A stretch of 64,000 nt of DNA from Piromyces finnis finn (lineage: Eukaryota; Fungi; Neocallimastigomycota), in contig MCFH01000086.1 of the NCBI GenBank assembly GCA_002104945.1, positions 72,113 through 136,112 on the forward strand, given 5' to 3'. Under the pieces are notes generated by a model. The model was not told the DNA's origin, searched no databases, and saw only the letters and a list, made by a program, of their open reading frames with translations. The position numbers and the translations under genes were made by a program. This document shows, piece after piece, positions 42,922-57,700 of the stretch. Position 1 is the first letter of the stretch; every line of letters begins with the position of its first letter.

Positions 42922-44335
42922 TTATGATAACTCTAACCACAATTAATTTGGAAATAATAAATATTATATTGTAAATTATGGATTTTTAATTACTTCAAAA
43001 TAATCATATAACATGGTTAAATAAATTATTATAGTTAATCATTAATTACAATATTTATAAAATTATTTCGAAAAATTATATATGTTCTATATCTTATAAC
43101 AAAAATACAATGGTTCTATAAACATTCCCTTATTTTATCGTAAAAAAATATATAATAAATTACATTTGTTTCAGTTAATTTCTAAATAGCTTTAATTTTT
43201 TTATTTAAAAAAAAAAATTATTTTATTAATGGATTAACTATAAAATATTTATTAAAATACTATTACAATATTGGTTATTTTCTAACCCTCTAATGATAAT
43301 TTTTATATATTTTGGTATAATAATTGATATTTTATTAAAATATTTTAAAAAAATTATAATAAAATATTTTAATTATTTATAATGTGTATATAAAAGATAA
43401 AAAAATTATTATAATAGTTTATAAAAAAAATTTATATTTATTATTCATTTGTTTCGAATTTATCATAATCGTTAATTATCATTTATGTATTTAGTTATAA
43501 GTTTGTTTATTATTAAATATTTAATAATTATTATATAACTAGATACTATTTTTCTTTGTTTCTTTTTTTCAATAAATAAGGAAAGCCTTTTTTTAATTCT
43601 ATAAATCTAACCTTATTATATAGATATAATTTTTAAAAAAAAAATGGTATATTCTATTTATTAAAATATTCTGTAAAAATATAACTACATTAATAAGATT
43701 TTAATATTATTATAATATTAATTATTATATAAAAATTATTATACCATATTTATCATATGTTTTAATTATTATTGGTTAATATTAAATATACTTTAAGCTT
43801 CCAAGTAATATTAGTATTAATATTCAAAATTTAGTTCCAAAAATTTATAAATTTCTTTGTAACAATTATTTAAAAGTAATATATCTTTAAAATAAAAAAA
43901 ATATGTTTTTTTAATGTTCTAAAAAAAAGCATTACTTATTTTTGAAATACAAATATTAAACATATTCAATAAATATAAAACAATTATATTAAATAATTGA
44001 TATATAATATTTAGAAAAATAAATTACTGAATATTTAATTTTTTCACAAAATATTAATTCAATTAGTAAAATACTTTTTCTCTTTAAATTATAAAAGAAA
44101 AATTTTAATATTTTTTGATACAAAACAATTTCTATTATACAACAAACATTAATATAATAAATAAAACTTTTAATATTAGGTTTTATAATACTTTTTTTTT
44201 TTATTTATATTTATTCTTTCATATTGCATTTAAAATTTTTTTATTTTAAATAAAATAATATATTAATATACCAAGAAATAATCATATATACATTACGACA
44301 TTCATATATAACATTTTTTAATTTAAAATATCAAT

Positions 44336-46246
44336 ATGGACCAAGATAGTATATTATTAAATTCAACTGAACTAATTGAGACTTCAATGCCATTATCATT
44401 TGGGAAAATAGTCTTATATGGCGTAGAGATAGTGCTTATTATTCAGTTATTAATGGTAATTTTAAATTATTCAAGGGATTGGAAGAATATAAGTTCAAGC
44501 AGTATGAATTCAGAAATATCCACAATAAGTAATAACAATTATGATTCTGTGGAATTAAAAGATTCAGATAGTTCAAATAATTTCAACAATGAAAATGAAA
44601 TCATAGAAATTTCAACTTTTTCTTTAAAAAAAATAATATCATTTATTTCTGTATTACCGTTATCTTCGTTTTACTTAATACTAAAGCTTAGTTATAATGT
44701 AATTAAATTTATTGTTTATACTATTTTTGATTTTGTAATTGATTTTGTTAATTATTGGATAATAAATTTCCCAGAACGTTTTGAAGAATATATAATTAAT
44801 TTCTTTAATAATTATATATTCCATAGTATTTCATATATGTCAGAAATGTATGTAATACCTGCGATTTCATACTCATTTAATAAATTTAAAATATTATTAA
44901 ATGAAATATTTTCAGAAGAAAATTACGATAGACTTGTATTTTATATTGAAAGATCCGCAGAGGTTATATATGACAAAGCTATTATACCATGTTTTGAAAA
45001 AACGAGAGATAACCTAATTAAAATTTTTAATGGTTTATGGAATTTCGCGAAGATTTATTCAATAAAACTTTACGCTATTTGTAAGCTTTTATTGAATACA
45101 ATAACTATATTTACTTTGGACTTTTTTGAAGATGTTCAAGTTGCATGGTCTGGTATTCAGTGGTTTGGTATTAATATTGCTCAACCTGCGGCTTCATTTT
45201 TAGAAGATGTATTATTAACTTTAACAATACGTCCATTAGCATATTCTTTAGCTTTTTTTAAAGTATTTATTGAAAAAACTATAAAACTTACATACAAGCT
45301 CATTATTAGTATGCTATTATTAATACCAACATTGTTTAGCATACTTGCTATTTTCATCTACAAAACATTCGATGTAGATGCTATAAAACATAGAATTCAT
45401 GTATGGATGTGTCGTTGGGTTTATCTTCCTTTATGGTATGTTGTTTATTTTATAGTTAACTATGGAGAAAAGCTTGTTGTTGAATATATTCCAAGGGTAT
45501 ATCATACTTTTATTAGGTTGGGAAAAAATATTTTTTTCAATATAATTAATTTATATAGTATTGCAATGAAATATTTAAAATTAGTAATTTATTACACCTA
45601 TCAATTTTTGGAAAAGGCATTTAAACTAATTGTAGAATATATTCCATATGTTCATAAGAAGTCAATGAACCTTTCAAAAAATGTATATAATTGGATGAAA
45701 ATTAATATTTTTCCATGGTTTAATACCATTCATTGTATATTTTATGTTACACCATTAAATATTAGTAGGAATATTTTTGCTCTTGTTATAGATCATGTCT
45801 TTTCAGAAAATAGTTATATTGGTAAAAACTCAAGAATTTTAATGAGACTAATAAGGCAATTCGGTGAAATAACATTTTCACATATGATTCAAGTTGGTAA
45901 ATTTATTAAGACCTTTTTGATTAATGTGCTAAATATTGTTACACCACAAACTATTAACATTTCTAAAAAAATTATATCCTTACTACAAAAATTTTCTTTG
46001 AAAATATATATTGCTGTTAAGCCAATATTTCTCAAGGAATTAGATATTATGGCTAAATGGACTGAAAAGGAGGTTAACCAAATTAATATAGCCATAAAGA
46101 ATTTTTTAAAGGACTTAAAATTAAAAATTAATGAGTATACAACTTTAATTTATCAATCAATTGTTAGTGAGAATAAAAAATTACATCAATCTTATAAAAA
46201 TAAAAAAGAATTCAATAAAGAATTTATTCATAATAAAAATAAATAA
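44336..46246 (+). CDS. Uncharacterised 636-aa intronless hydrophobic/amphipathic helical protein with an N-terminal TM segment
   Basis: A 1.9-kb stop-free frame; TM-like IVLYGVEIVLIIQLLMVIL, an S/N-rich linker, then long I/L/F/Y/W-rich helical stretches and a charged C-terminus. No family recognised. Confidence 0.82.
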   Translation: MDQDSILLNSTELIETSMPLSFGKIVLYGVEIVLIIQLLMVILNYSRDWKNISSSSMNSEISTISNNNYDSVELKDSDSSNNFNNENEIIEISTFSLKKIISFISVLPLSSFYLILKLSYNVIKFIVYTIFDFVIDFVNYWIINFPERFEEYIINFFNNYIFHSISYMSEMYVIPAISYSFNKFKILLNEIFSEENYDRLVFYIERSAEVIYDKAIIPCFEKTRDNLIKIFNGLWNFAKIYSIKLYAICKLLLNTITIFTLDFFEDVQVAWSGIQWFGINIAQPAASFLEDVLLTLTIRPLAYSLAFFKVFIEKTIKLTYKLIISMLLLIPTLFSILAIFIYKTFDVDAIKHRIHVWMCRWVYLPLWYVVYFIVNYGEKLVVEYIPRVYHTFIRLGKNIFFNIINLYSIAMKYLKLVIYYTYQFLEKAFKLIVEYIPYVHKKSMNLSKNVYNWMKINIFPWFNTIHCIFYVTPLNISRNIFALVIDHVFSENSYIGKNSRILMRLIRQFGEITFSHMIQVGKFIKTFLINVLNIVTPQTINISKKIISLLQKFSLKIYIAVKPIFLKELDIMAKWTEKEVNQINIAIKNFLKDLKLKINEYTTLIYQSIVSENKKLHQSYKNKKEFNKEFIHNKNK

Positions 46247-47184
46247 ATTATAGATTGAATGTAAATACTAGTACAAAATACATCAAAAATATTATCTTGA
46301 AGATAAATATATCAACAATAAATTACAAAAATAAAATAAAAATAAAATAAAAATAAAATAAAACAAAAAAATAAAACAAAAAAAAATAATAAAATTAAAA
46401 AAATAAAAAATAAAAATAAGTAATGTAAGTAAATAAAAAAAAAATAAAATAATAATGTATAGATTCATTAAAAATTTATGAATATCATTATGTGAAAAGA
46501 ATAATTATACCATAAATAAAAAATTGAAATCACTTATTACAATTATGCTTTATAATAAAAAATATACATAACATTAAACATATATTATAAATAATTTAAT
46601 ATAATAATTGCTATTATATTAGTATTAACATTTGACAAACGCATGCTACAAAACAATGGAGTAAATTTTATTATAATTATATCACATTTTTCTTGGTTTA
46701 TTTTATTATTTTTTGTTATAATTTATTTGAACCATGTGAATTAAAATTACCATAATTTTATATAAAAATATATATATAATTTTATATACTATTAATATGC
46801 TATTGAATAAATTAAATTTTAATTTTTGAAAAATAAATTTTAATTTATTTTTATTAATTTATTATATCATTTATTTTATGTGACTTAATATTTAAGATGA
46901 AATAGAAATTGAATTGGTTCAATAAACTTTTATAAAATATATAAATTTTAAAAAAATTACTTTTTATTAATGAAAGTTTTATAATCATCATTTAAATAAA
47001 AATCAATATATTTTGTAATAAATTTAAATATAGCTTAATTTACTGATTTAGGATTCAGTTTTGTTATTAAAAAATACCTAAAAGATTTTTCTTTTTTCTT
47101 TTCTTTTTTCTTTTTTCTTTTTTTTTTTTTTTAAAAAAAAAAAGAATAATAAATCAAATAATAATTATAAATACATAGCAAAAA

Positions 47185-47792
47185 ATGAAGGTTTCATACT
47201 TACCTGTAAGTAATACAGATAAACCGCTATTATATTCAAAAAATGATTTGTTAAAGGTACTACATGAAAATAATTTTGTATGTGCTGTAGCATTTTCATC
47301 CTGATATTTCTAATTTTTTATTTTATATTTATCATATTGTTAATTTCTCAATTTAATATGTAGAAAAACATTATCAAAAACAAAATTATTAATTATGTAT
47401 TTTCAATTTGCTTAATTATATTCGGTGGACTTTTTATATGTAAATATAATAATATATTATATAAATTCATATATAGTATGAAAATGCATTAATTTAATTT
47501 GCAATAAAGTATTTAAAAATGACATAAACGAAAAAAATGATAAAAATGAACCTGTAAATATTATATTTATGATATCTGATGGTAAAGCTTTTTTTATTTT
47601 TCTTTTAAATAATATATCTTATTATTCCTATAATATTAAATGACTTATTTTTATTATAAATGTAATATTACAAAGGTTTTGGCCCAACTTCAGAAACTTT
47701 TGGTAGAACATATTATCAAGTAAAACTTTCATTTTTGAATTATATTTATTAATTATTGATAATCAAATTGAATAATATTCTTTCCTTCTTCT

Positions 47793-47832
<40 letters not shown>

Positions 47833-49933
47833 AAAAAGCATTCAATATCATATTATACAGTTTTATTTTTATTAATATTTTTTTTTTATAAATATAAATA
47901 TAAACAACAATTAGTATATCAATAATTACTCATACGATACTTTAACACCCTTGGATGAAATTCTAGTTGGACAATCTAGAACTCGTTCATATAGTTCACT
48001 AATAACTGACAGTGCTGCAGGTGGTACAGCATATTCATGTGGTCGAAAAACCTATAATTATGGTGTTGCCGTTGATCCAAGTGGTCATCCATGTGCAACT
48101 CTTTTAGAAGGTGCTCATGATAAAGGAATGCTAACAGGAATTGTTGTTACGTCAAGAGTTACACATGGTAATATTAATATATATATATATATTATTTTTT
48201 CTTTATTTTTAATTTTTATTTGAATAAAATTATTATTATTATTATTATTATTGTTATATAGCTACACCTGCGTCATTTTTGGGACATGCACGTAATAGAC
48301 ATGAAGAAGACTTTATTGCAACCTGGTTAGCTCCAAATATTACTAACTCAAATTATGATAGGTAAATTTACACCTATTTATATATAATATACATAAATAT
48401 TGCATATTTACGGATTTTGTATTATATTATTATTATAAATAATAGACAAGTAGATTTATTATTTGGAGGTGGATTATGCCATTTTATTCCATCATACGAA
48501 CACAATAGTTGTCGTAATGATGAAAAAAATCTTCTTGAAGATACTGAATTTTTATTTATTAATGATAGAGAAAAATTTGATAATTTAAACGACACAAATG
48601 TTTTACCAGTTATGGGTTTATTTACTCCAGATGTAAGATTTTAATATACATTTAATAATAAATAAATAAATAAAAAACTGAATGAGTTATTTAATTTATT
48701 TAATCTATTTAAATATAGCATATGTCATTTGAAATTGATCGAGATCCAAAAAAAGAACCAGCTCTCTGGGAAATGACGGATAAAGCTTTAAGAATTTTAT
48801 CTAAAGCTGGAAATAATAAAAAAGGATTTTTTTTATTAATTGGTAAATAAATTCTAAAAACATTTTAGCATATATTTATTTAATAATATAGTGTTGAAAT
48901 ATATAGTTTTATTTTTATTAACTTATATTCTTTTATTAAAGAGGGTTCAAGAATCGATATGGCTGCTCATGGTAATGATCCGGCTGCTCATGCTAATGAT
49001 ATTCTTGCTTACTATAAAACTGTTGATGTAGTTAAAAAGTTTGTTGATAAAAACCCAAATACTTTAGTTATTTCGGTATGTTTTGAAAATAACATTATTT
49101 TAACCATCAAAATAAAAAAGTTATTAAACAACAACAACAACAACAATAATAATAATAATAAATTATTTATAATATAATAGGTATCTGATCATGAAACAGG
49201 AGGTCTTGCTCTTGGTTATCAACCAACTAAAGTGTACCCAAAATATATTTGGTATAAAAAAAATTATATATTAATTCTATAAATATATATATTGATGATA
49301 AATAATAATAATAATTTTTTTTTTATAAAATTAAAGGCATCCTGAAGTAATTACCAAAGTTAAAAAATCTACTAATAAAATAGCCTTACAAATTGAAGCA
49401 CTATTAAAGTCAGCTGATAATATTGATAATGATGAAGATGATAATAGTGATACTTTATATGATCAAATTTCAGATATTATTTTTGAAACAATGGGCATTG
49501 ATGATACAACTGAGAATGAATTAAAATTTATCATAGAATCAAGAATTGGAAGAACACCTATCGAATTAGCAAATTATTTAGCAAAAATGATTAGCCATCG
49601 TTCCAAAATAGCATGGACTACTCATGGTCATAGTGGTGCTGATGTAAATTTATATGCATATGGTAAACATTCTAAACTTTTCCAAGGTAGTAAAGAAAAT
49701 ATTGAAGTTGGACGTCTTGTTGAAAGAATTATGAATATTAATTTAGATGAATTAACAAAACGTTTATTGTATGTATATATATAATTATAATAATAGTAAA
49801 TTTATAAAATAAGTAATTTTAATTTTAATTCTTGATAAAATTTAATAGCTCTAATTATGAACTTCCAAAAACTAATGCAGCTCCTAATACTATGTCCAGA
49901 TCCAATTTTGATGAAATACATTATCACCATTAA
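47185..49933 (+). CDS. PHO8: Alkaline phosphatase, Pho8-like (type II membrane); multi-exon
   Basis: NIIFMISDGFGPTSE, LDEILVGQSRTRS..ITDSAAGGTAYSCG (catalytic Ser), TGIVVTSRVTHATPASF, DLLFGGG, EGSRIDMAAHGND, SDHETGGL, WTTHGHSGADVNLYAYG; N-terminal TM YVFSICLIIFGGLFI. Confidence 0.95.
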
Positions 49934-51438
49934 TAATTGTAAATAATAATATATATAATCTATATATTAATAAATTAAGTATTTAATATTTATGTAACTA
50001 AAAAAATAATAATGTAAATAAATATAATAAAATTTATAATAAAATATAAAATTGTCCAATTTTTTTCTTTTATATTTAATAAAGTAACAATAAAAAAATA
50101 AAAGAAATAAAAATTATAGTTATATTGTAAAAATATGAGATGAATTACATTTTTATTTTATATTAAAGAAACAAATAGATTAATTTTAAATGAAGGAATA
50201 AAAAAAAAAAACAGAAAAATAATATATTAGACTAATATTATTAATATAATATTAATATATTGTACTACCAATATTAATAGCTTTCCTTTATAGACATATT
50301 AGTATTTTTAAAATACTACATGGCTTTGTCTGAAAAATTATATAATTTAATACATAATTTAATAGAAATTACTAAAAAAAAAATTGAATTGTGGCATTAT
50401 ATTAAAAAATTTAAATTGTCTAGTATCTTATTAAAATTTCAATTTAATATGATTGAATCAAAAAATTTTGTATCATAAAAAATGTAATGTAATTTAAAAA
50501 AAAGCTACAAATTAACAATATTAACTATTTTTAGTTAAATAATCATATTATTATATAATATTTTTATAAATATTAATGTATTGAATAATGAATAAATAAT
50601 ATATTTTTATTTAAACTAATAATAATAAAAAAAAAATTAATTATAATAAATTAAAAATATTTAATAAACTTTTTATTCAATTAATTTATAATATCTGAAT
50701 GATATAAATTTCTTTTTATTATTTCTTTTTAAAATTTTTATTATTCATTTTTTTGATTATTTATGAAAATGCTTAAATTTTATTTTATTTGAATGAATTA
50801 ACAATTAAAGAGAAATAAAATAAAATTAAAGAAATATTCAACTAATTAATCAAAATTAAATAGCACAAAGCAACTCGTAAAATTTATGATCAAATACTTA
50901 CTAATCTAATAATTAAAAGAGTAAAAATATTTTTTTAATGTTTATTATTTTAATTAAAAAAGATTTATTCTTCATCAGGAATAAAAATGCTTTCAAAAAA
51001 TATATATATATTTAAAAAATAAAGTTAGCAAAAGAATAAAGTAAAAATAACAGAAAATAAATAAATAAAAAAGAGAGAGAAATAAAATACAAACAATAAA
51101 GTAGATGAGAGAATAAATAGGATAGAATTTAATAAATAAAAAAACAACAACAACAACAAAAAAAAAAAATTAAGCAGATTAAATACATTATTTTTTTTCT
51201 TTCGTTTTTTTTTTTTTTTTTTTTTTTTTGATAAAAAAATTATCAGTTATTTATCATCTTAAATAGTTGCTATATTATAATGATATTTCAATATTATTCT
51301 GATGAAAAATAACAATTAAAATTAAAAGAAAAAAGAAGATTTACTAATTATTATTTATATTCCATTTTATTACTTTATTGAATAATAGATTTTTGATATT
51401 TTGTATAATAATTTTAATAATAATATAATATATATAAA

Positions 51439-54400
51439 ATGGGATCAAGATATAATAGCAATTCACATAATGAAGATTATTTAAAAAATTTAAGAGATCA
51501 ATATATAAGTCAACTTAATCAATTAAAGTCAATCTTTCAAGACTGGCAAGATCAAGATTTATTAATGACTCTTGAAGATGTTGGTGGAGATCTTGAATTA
51601 GCAATCATTAGAATTACAGAAGGTTTTTTTTTAAATATATATATTTTCATTGAATAAATATTTAAAAAAAGAATTATCAAATATATTTTATATAATTTTA
51701 ATAATAATAGTCATAATAATGCAAATATAAATTAAAAATAAAACTGTTGATTAATATATGATAAAAATGAAATAGTTTTTCCTATTTAATATAAAAACAT
51801 ACATTGAAGATCAATATTTTAATTTAAATTTAAACATAATTCAAAATTGAACAATAGGTATTGCACCACAATGGGGCGAGGTAAAAAGAAAGCATAATAA
51901 ACCAAAATCCGCTCAATCTAAAGATAATGAAAACGATCGTTCACAACGTAATTCATCACGAGGTAGTAGAGGAGTTCGTGGTGGTAAGTATTTTTTATTT
52001 TATTATTTATTTATTAAATTACAATTTTTTTTTAGATATTTAATAATGTTAAATTATATTAAAGGTGGTGTTGCAGGCCGTGGGGGATATAATAATCGTG
52101 GTAGTAGAGGTCGCGGAAAAGGTATAGTATAAAAATATAAAAAAAGTTGTAAAAATATATAAAGTAAAAATATAATAATATTTTTTTTATATTTAATTAG
52201 GTTCAATGGGAAGAAACCAAAGTAATCAAGGTCAAGGTTTAAATAATAAAACTTCAAATGGTTCAATACAAAGTAAGAAAAACCATGAAAAGAATGCTAA
52301 TATTGATAATCCTATAGTAGAAGAAAAAACAAATGAAATTCAAAAATCAGAAAATAAAGAAAATAAAAATGATAAACAAAATACCTGGAAAGCAAAGGGA
52401 GCTTGGAGCAAAGGTGCCCCAGGTTCTCACCATGAAAATAAAAATAATAATAATACACCAACTGCTGCTGTTACAAATATACCAGTTACCGAAAGTACAA
52501 ATAAACCAACCAAAACAAATACAGATTCAGAAACTGAAGTTAAAAAGACTATCCCACAAATGCCAAAGATAACATATGCTCAAATATTAAAGTAGATATT
52601 GATATTTCTAAAATAATAATAATATAGTTCATATAAATGTTATTTAATAAATATTAAATTGTGACTAATAATTATTTTATATAATATAAGACCTACACCA
52701 AAACCATCTTCTCCAAAGAAAGCTAATCCAAAACCAAAATCTTCTGAATCAAAGAAGGAAGAAGAAAAGAAAGAAACAAAGGCTGAAACTAAACCAGTTG
52801 AAGAAGAAAAAAAGAAAGAAGCGGTAGTTGAAAAATCAGAAGAAACCATAATAAATGAAGTTCCAGCTGAAGCTCCAAAATCTCCAATAAAGGAAACTCC
52901 AAAATCCCCAGTTAAAGAAGCTCCAAAGTCTCCAGTTAAAACCGAAGCTAAGAGTCCAACTAAGGCTCCAGCTACCCCAAAATTAGAAGATACTTCTAAC
53001 GCAATTTCCACTCCAAAAAGTAAGCAATCCAGTAATCAAAACTCTATCCCACCAGGTTTTAAGCAATCTAGACCAATAATTTCTAGAAAACTTAAGCAAG
53101 AAGTTGCTGTTGTTATGCCAATGAATAATACTAGACCATCACATGGTGTTCAATTTGGATCTTTAAAATCAAGCAGCATTGAAATTGAAGAAGAAAAGCA
53201 AGAATTAGCTAAAAAAGATAGTACTCCAGAAGTTGCCGCTCCAGTAACCACTAATACTGCTACAGTAGCTACTGAAGTTAAGACTGAACAAGAACCAGTA
53301 CAAGAACAGCCAGCTAAAGCTAATAAAAATACTCATACAAATCACCAACAAAATGCTAATGTTCGTCACAACAAGAATACTAATAATACTGTTTCAACTG
53401 CAAACACTACTGCAACAAATGCTACTGCTAATATAAACATTAATGCCAATATTACCTCTACTACTTCCACTACTACAGCTACTACAGCAGCCACTTCTAC
53501 AACAGCTACTACTACTGCAACTACCATTCAATCTAATATTATGGCATCTTCTTCTACTCCAGCCCATAATATGCAAAAAACTGAACAACCACAAACTCAA
53601 CAACAAGCTTATTATAATAATGCTATAAATAATGGTGCTCATAATACAAATAATATTTTAAACCGTTATGGTTATTCACAAAACCAACAAATTCCAGGCA
53701 TTCAATTCAATGCTACCCATATAAGTGGTGTCCCAGATTACTCTAATATTTATAATGATCCACAACTTCGTGGCTATATGGTAAATAATATTATTATATA
53801 TATAAAAGTGAAATTAATAATAAACTATGAAAGTTGTTATTAAACTAATTTTTAATTGTATCTTATACTTACTTAAAAATACAGGGTTATTATGATCCAT
53901 CCTTTAATGGTACTGCTCAAAATCCAAATTACCAAAATCAAAATAGAGAATCAAAATACCAAGGTCAAGATATTTCTACAACAACAGTTTCTCAACCATC
54001 TCCACATGCAGTATCTCAACAAATGCAACAACCACAATATCCAAACATTCCTTTCTATAATTATCAATTTATGCCATATGGACTTTCTTATAATCAATCT
54101 TATCCACAATCTTTCCAACCATTTGTCCAAAAGAATCCATACTTATATCATCCACTCAATCAACCTGTTTCAACTACCACTACTACTAACCAAAAAACAG
54201 CCAGTCAAATTGGTTCTAATGGATTCTCTTACATGAACCAAAATAATCCACAACATCATATGTATCACTCTCAAATTGAAGATATTCAAAATCAAGAATA
54301 TATGAAAAATGTTTACAATAATACTCAAGGTACCTTTCAAAACTTTACATTAGGTAACGCTTCATTACAACAACAAACCAGTACTACTAGTGGTCAAATG

Positions 54401-54737
54401 CAAGTTGGCCAAAAAGAAAGTAGTACTACTTCTAACTCAAATACCCAAACTCCTTCCAATAATTACAATAAAACTCAAGTAAGTAAATACTTTTAGGTAA
54501 TATGATTTTTTATTATAAATTAATTTATTAATATTTCTTTTTTTTTTTTTTTTTTGTTTTAATTTAATAAAATAGCAATACCAAGTAACTACTTTATCTG
54601 CTACTGGTAATGTTACTGCACCAATAACTAATGCTCAAAATAATTATTATTATAACCATTATAACAATTTACAACAAAATGCTGGTTATCAACAACAAAG
54701 TAACATGCGTGGATATTGGAATAATGGAAGCAGTTAA
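51439..54737 (+). CDS. DEF1: Def1/UBAP2(L)-like protein: N-terminal CUE/UBA-like domain, RGG region, KSP repeats, Q/N/Y/P-rich C-terminus; multi-exon
   Basis: QLKSIFQDWQDQDLLMTLEDVGGDLELAIIRITEG..QWGEVK; RGSRGVRGG..GRGGYNNRGSRGRG; PPGF and QEVAVVMP..VQFGSL; Gln-rich tail. Orthology is inferred. Confidence 0.78.
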
Positions 54738-57700
54738 TTTTTTTAGTAATTTTTTTTTACAAAAATAGTTAGAAGAAAAATTCTATTTCTATATATATTA
54801 AATATAACACTCATATACACACTTAAAATATATATATATATTTTTTTTTAAAAGTTTTATTTTAAAAATCATAATGCAATCTTCATTTTATTAAGATTTA
54901 TATATATACATACTTTTTTTTTAATATTAATTATTTTTATATTATTTTTATATAATAACTTTATTTTTAAAAAAAATATATAATTAAAGAATTTTTTTCT
55001 TTTAATTCAAGTTATTATTTTTTATATTTCCTTTTTTATTTATTTTTCCTCCTTTTTTTTATATCTCAAATCTTATACAACTTTTAAGCCTTTGTTTTAT
55101 TTTAGTTTAAAAAAAAAAAGGTGAATGAAAAAAAAAGTATTAAGAAAAAAATAAAAAAAGAAGACTGGGGAAAAAAAAAAAAAAAGGAAATTTAATAGAA
55201 TTTAATTTTAAAATTATAATTAAGTTTAAAATAATAATAACTAGTACTCTTTAATAACAAACAATAAAAAAATAAATAAATAAATAAAATAAAACAAAAC
55301 AACAAAAAAAAAGGACGAAAGATAAAAAAAGGCAAAAAAAAAAAAAAAAAAAAAAAAAAGAAAATAAGAAAAGAAAAAAAAGAAAGAACAGGTTAAGATA
55401 TTAAAAAAAGCACAAAAAATATAAGTTTTATATTCGGATTTATACATAGTAATTGTTATTTTTTGAATATTATATACCTTTTTTATTACTATTTTTATAA
55501 TAAAGAGAGATAAAACAATGAAAATGATGAATTATCATAGATAAGATAATAAAAATTAGCATATTTTTAGTATATTTTCTTAAAAAAAAAATAAAAGAAC
55601 ATTTTTATATACAAAATAAAATTTGAAATCAATAAAATAAAAATAATGAATAAATAAATGAATAAATAAATAAAAAATAATGAATAAAGGAAAGAATAAA
55701 TTTAATTATCAATAGAATAAATAGAAGGCAAAAAAAAAAACATATAATGCAAAAAAACAAAAGATTAATAGTTCATCTTACTATAATTATTAATATTCTA
55801 TTTAAATAATACAATTAAACAATCAATATATTAATAATTATTTTACTATGATAACAATACTGGTTTTTCATTTTCATTATATGATATCTTTATCATAAAA
55901 TTTATTGTTAATTGATATATAAAATATAAATAACAATTATTCAGATATAAATTTCGTGTGTAATTTTTGATAATTAAAAAACTTTTTTTTTTTTAATAAT
56001 ATTAGCATAAATAAAATCAACAATTTTTTTTTTTTTTTTTTTTTGTAAATACATTATTAACATTATTAACACTTTGAAAAGTTTACAAAACTTATGATTA
56101 TATAATTAATGAATAATTATTATGATCATAAATTATTTTGTAAATATAATTTCCAATTTAAAAATAGTGTAAATATTAAAATACAAAAAGGAAATTTTTA
56201 AAGTTTGCTATAATAAAAAATAATCTAAGATTTTTAATTACATAATTTTATGTTTTTCTAAAATTTGCTATATTAAATTACTACTTTCATTAAATAATTT
56301 CTTAGAATTATATTTTTTCTAAATAAATTTTATAAGGATTCATTAATTTAAAAACTAAAATATGGTTTTATATTAATTAAAAGGAATAATAATAATTAAT
56401 CAATAATAAAGTTAATAATCATAATTTTAATTATAGTATAAACATATTATTTAAGTATTTTTCTTTTTCTGTAGAAAAATGCTAGTTACTTCTTTGGTCA
56501 TATGAAAATTTTTAATTAATTAAATTTTTAATATTTTTAAGTTCTTTTAATATATCTTTTAATTATATATCATACAAAGTATTAGAATATAATATGTTAA
56601 TTAAATAATATATTTTATAATATGTTCTATATAATACAAAAAAAAAAAAAAAAACAAGCATATTAATTATATCGAAAAATTTTAATTAGTGTTAAAAGTG
56701 ACATATTTAAGATAATAAGAAGTTGAAAAACAGTTTTATTTTAATTAGTAGGAGATATATTAGTTTTTATCAAAATGTTTTTTTTTTTTTTTTTGATATA
56801 CTTATTCTCTAAATAATATTTAAAAAAATAATAATATAGTAAAATAGATGTAAATAATAGGAAGTAAATAATTATTTACATAATGATAATATATTGATTA
56901 AATTCTGGATTGGTTTATTGGGTTACAATAAAATATATTTATATTCTTTTTAATCCAAAAAAGGTAGTTTATTTTGATAATATTATATTATTTGAATAAA
57001 TAATAATGAATAATAGAATAGAGTAACTTTGAAGAGTTTGAACAAAGAAATGATACTAATATGAACTATTAATTATGAAAAAAAAAAAAATGCAATAGAA
57101 AAAAAAATAATTAATATATTGTAATAAATAAATACATTACTATTATTAATATTATACATTATACAGTCATAATATATTTCTATTAATTACTATAATAAGG
57201 GCTATTAAAAATATTCTTTCCTTATATGTTCTTTTTTTTTTTTTTTATATATATATATATTATCATTTGAAAATAATAAATAGTAAATTTGACTAAAAAT
57301 ATTCTAAAGATATATTTTAAAGAAATTAATATAAAAAATTCAGCCAAATAAAATTCATATTATTAACTTTTTAATTAATTATTATGAAAAATTAATTTTT
57401 TTTTTTTAAAATTTTTTTTAAAACAACACCTGCATATATAAAAAGATATTTTTATTTCTTTAAAAGAAATAAATAATAATAAATACTTTGTAGCGTTTTT
57501 ATAAATTTCATTACTTCAACTTTTTATTAACCCTTGTACTTTGTACTAATCATTTAAATAATAAATAAAATTTAAAGTAGGTTTTTATTAACAAAATAAT
57601 TTGAATTATTAATATTTTTTGTCGTCAATAGTTCAAGTAACAAATATAAAACTAAAAACTATAAAAAGAAAAAAAAAAAGTTTTGCAATAATTTTTTATT

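Noticed and set aside
44336-46246. 636-aa ORF as a transposon or viral gene
   Set aside because: No RT, integrase, transposase or capsid motifs, and no flanking LTRs or TIRs seen.
55241-55447. Phe-rich minus-strand ORF
   Set aside because: Translation of an A-rich low-complexity tract downstream of the Def1-like gene.
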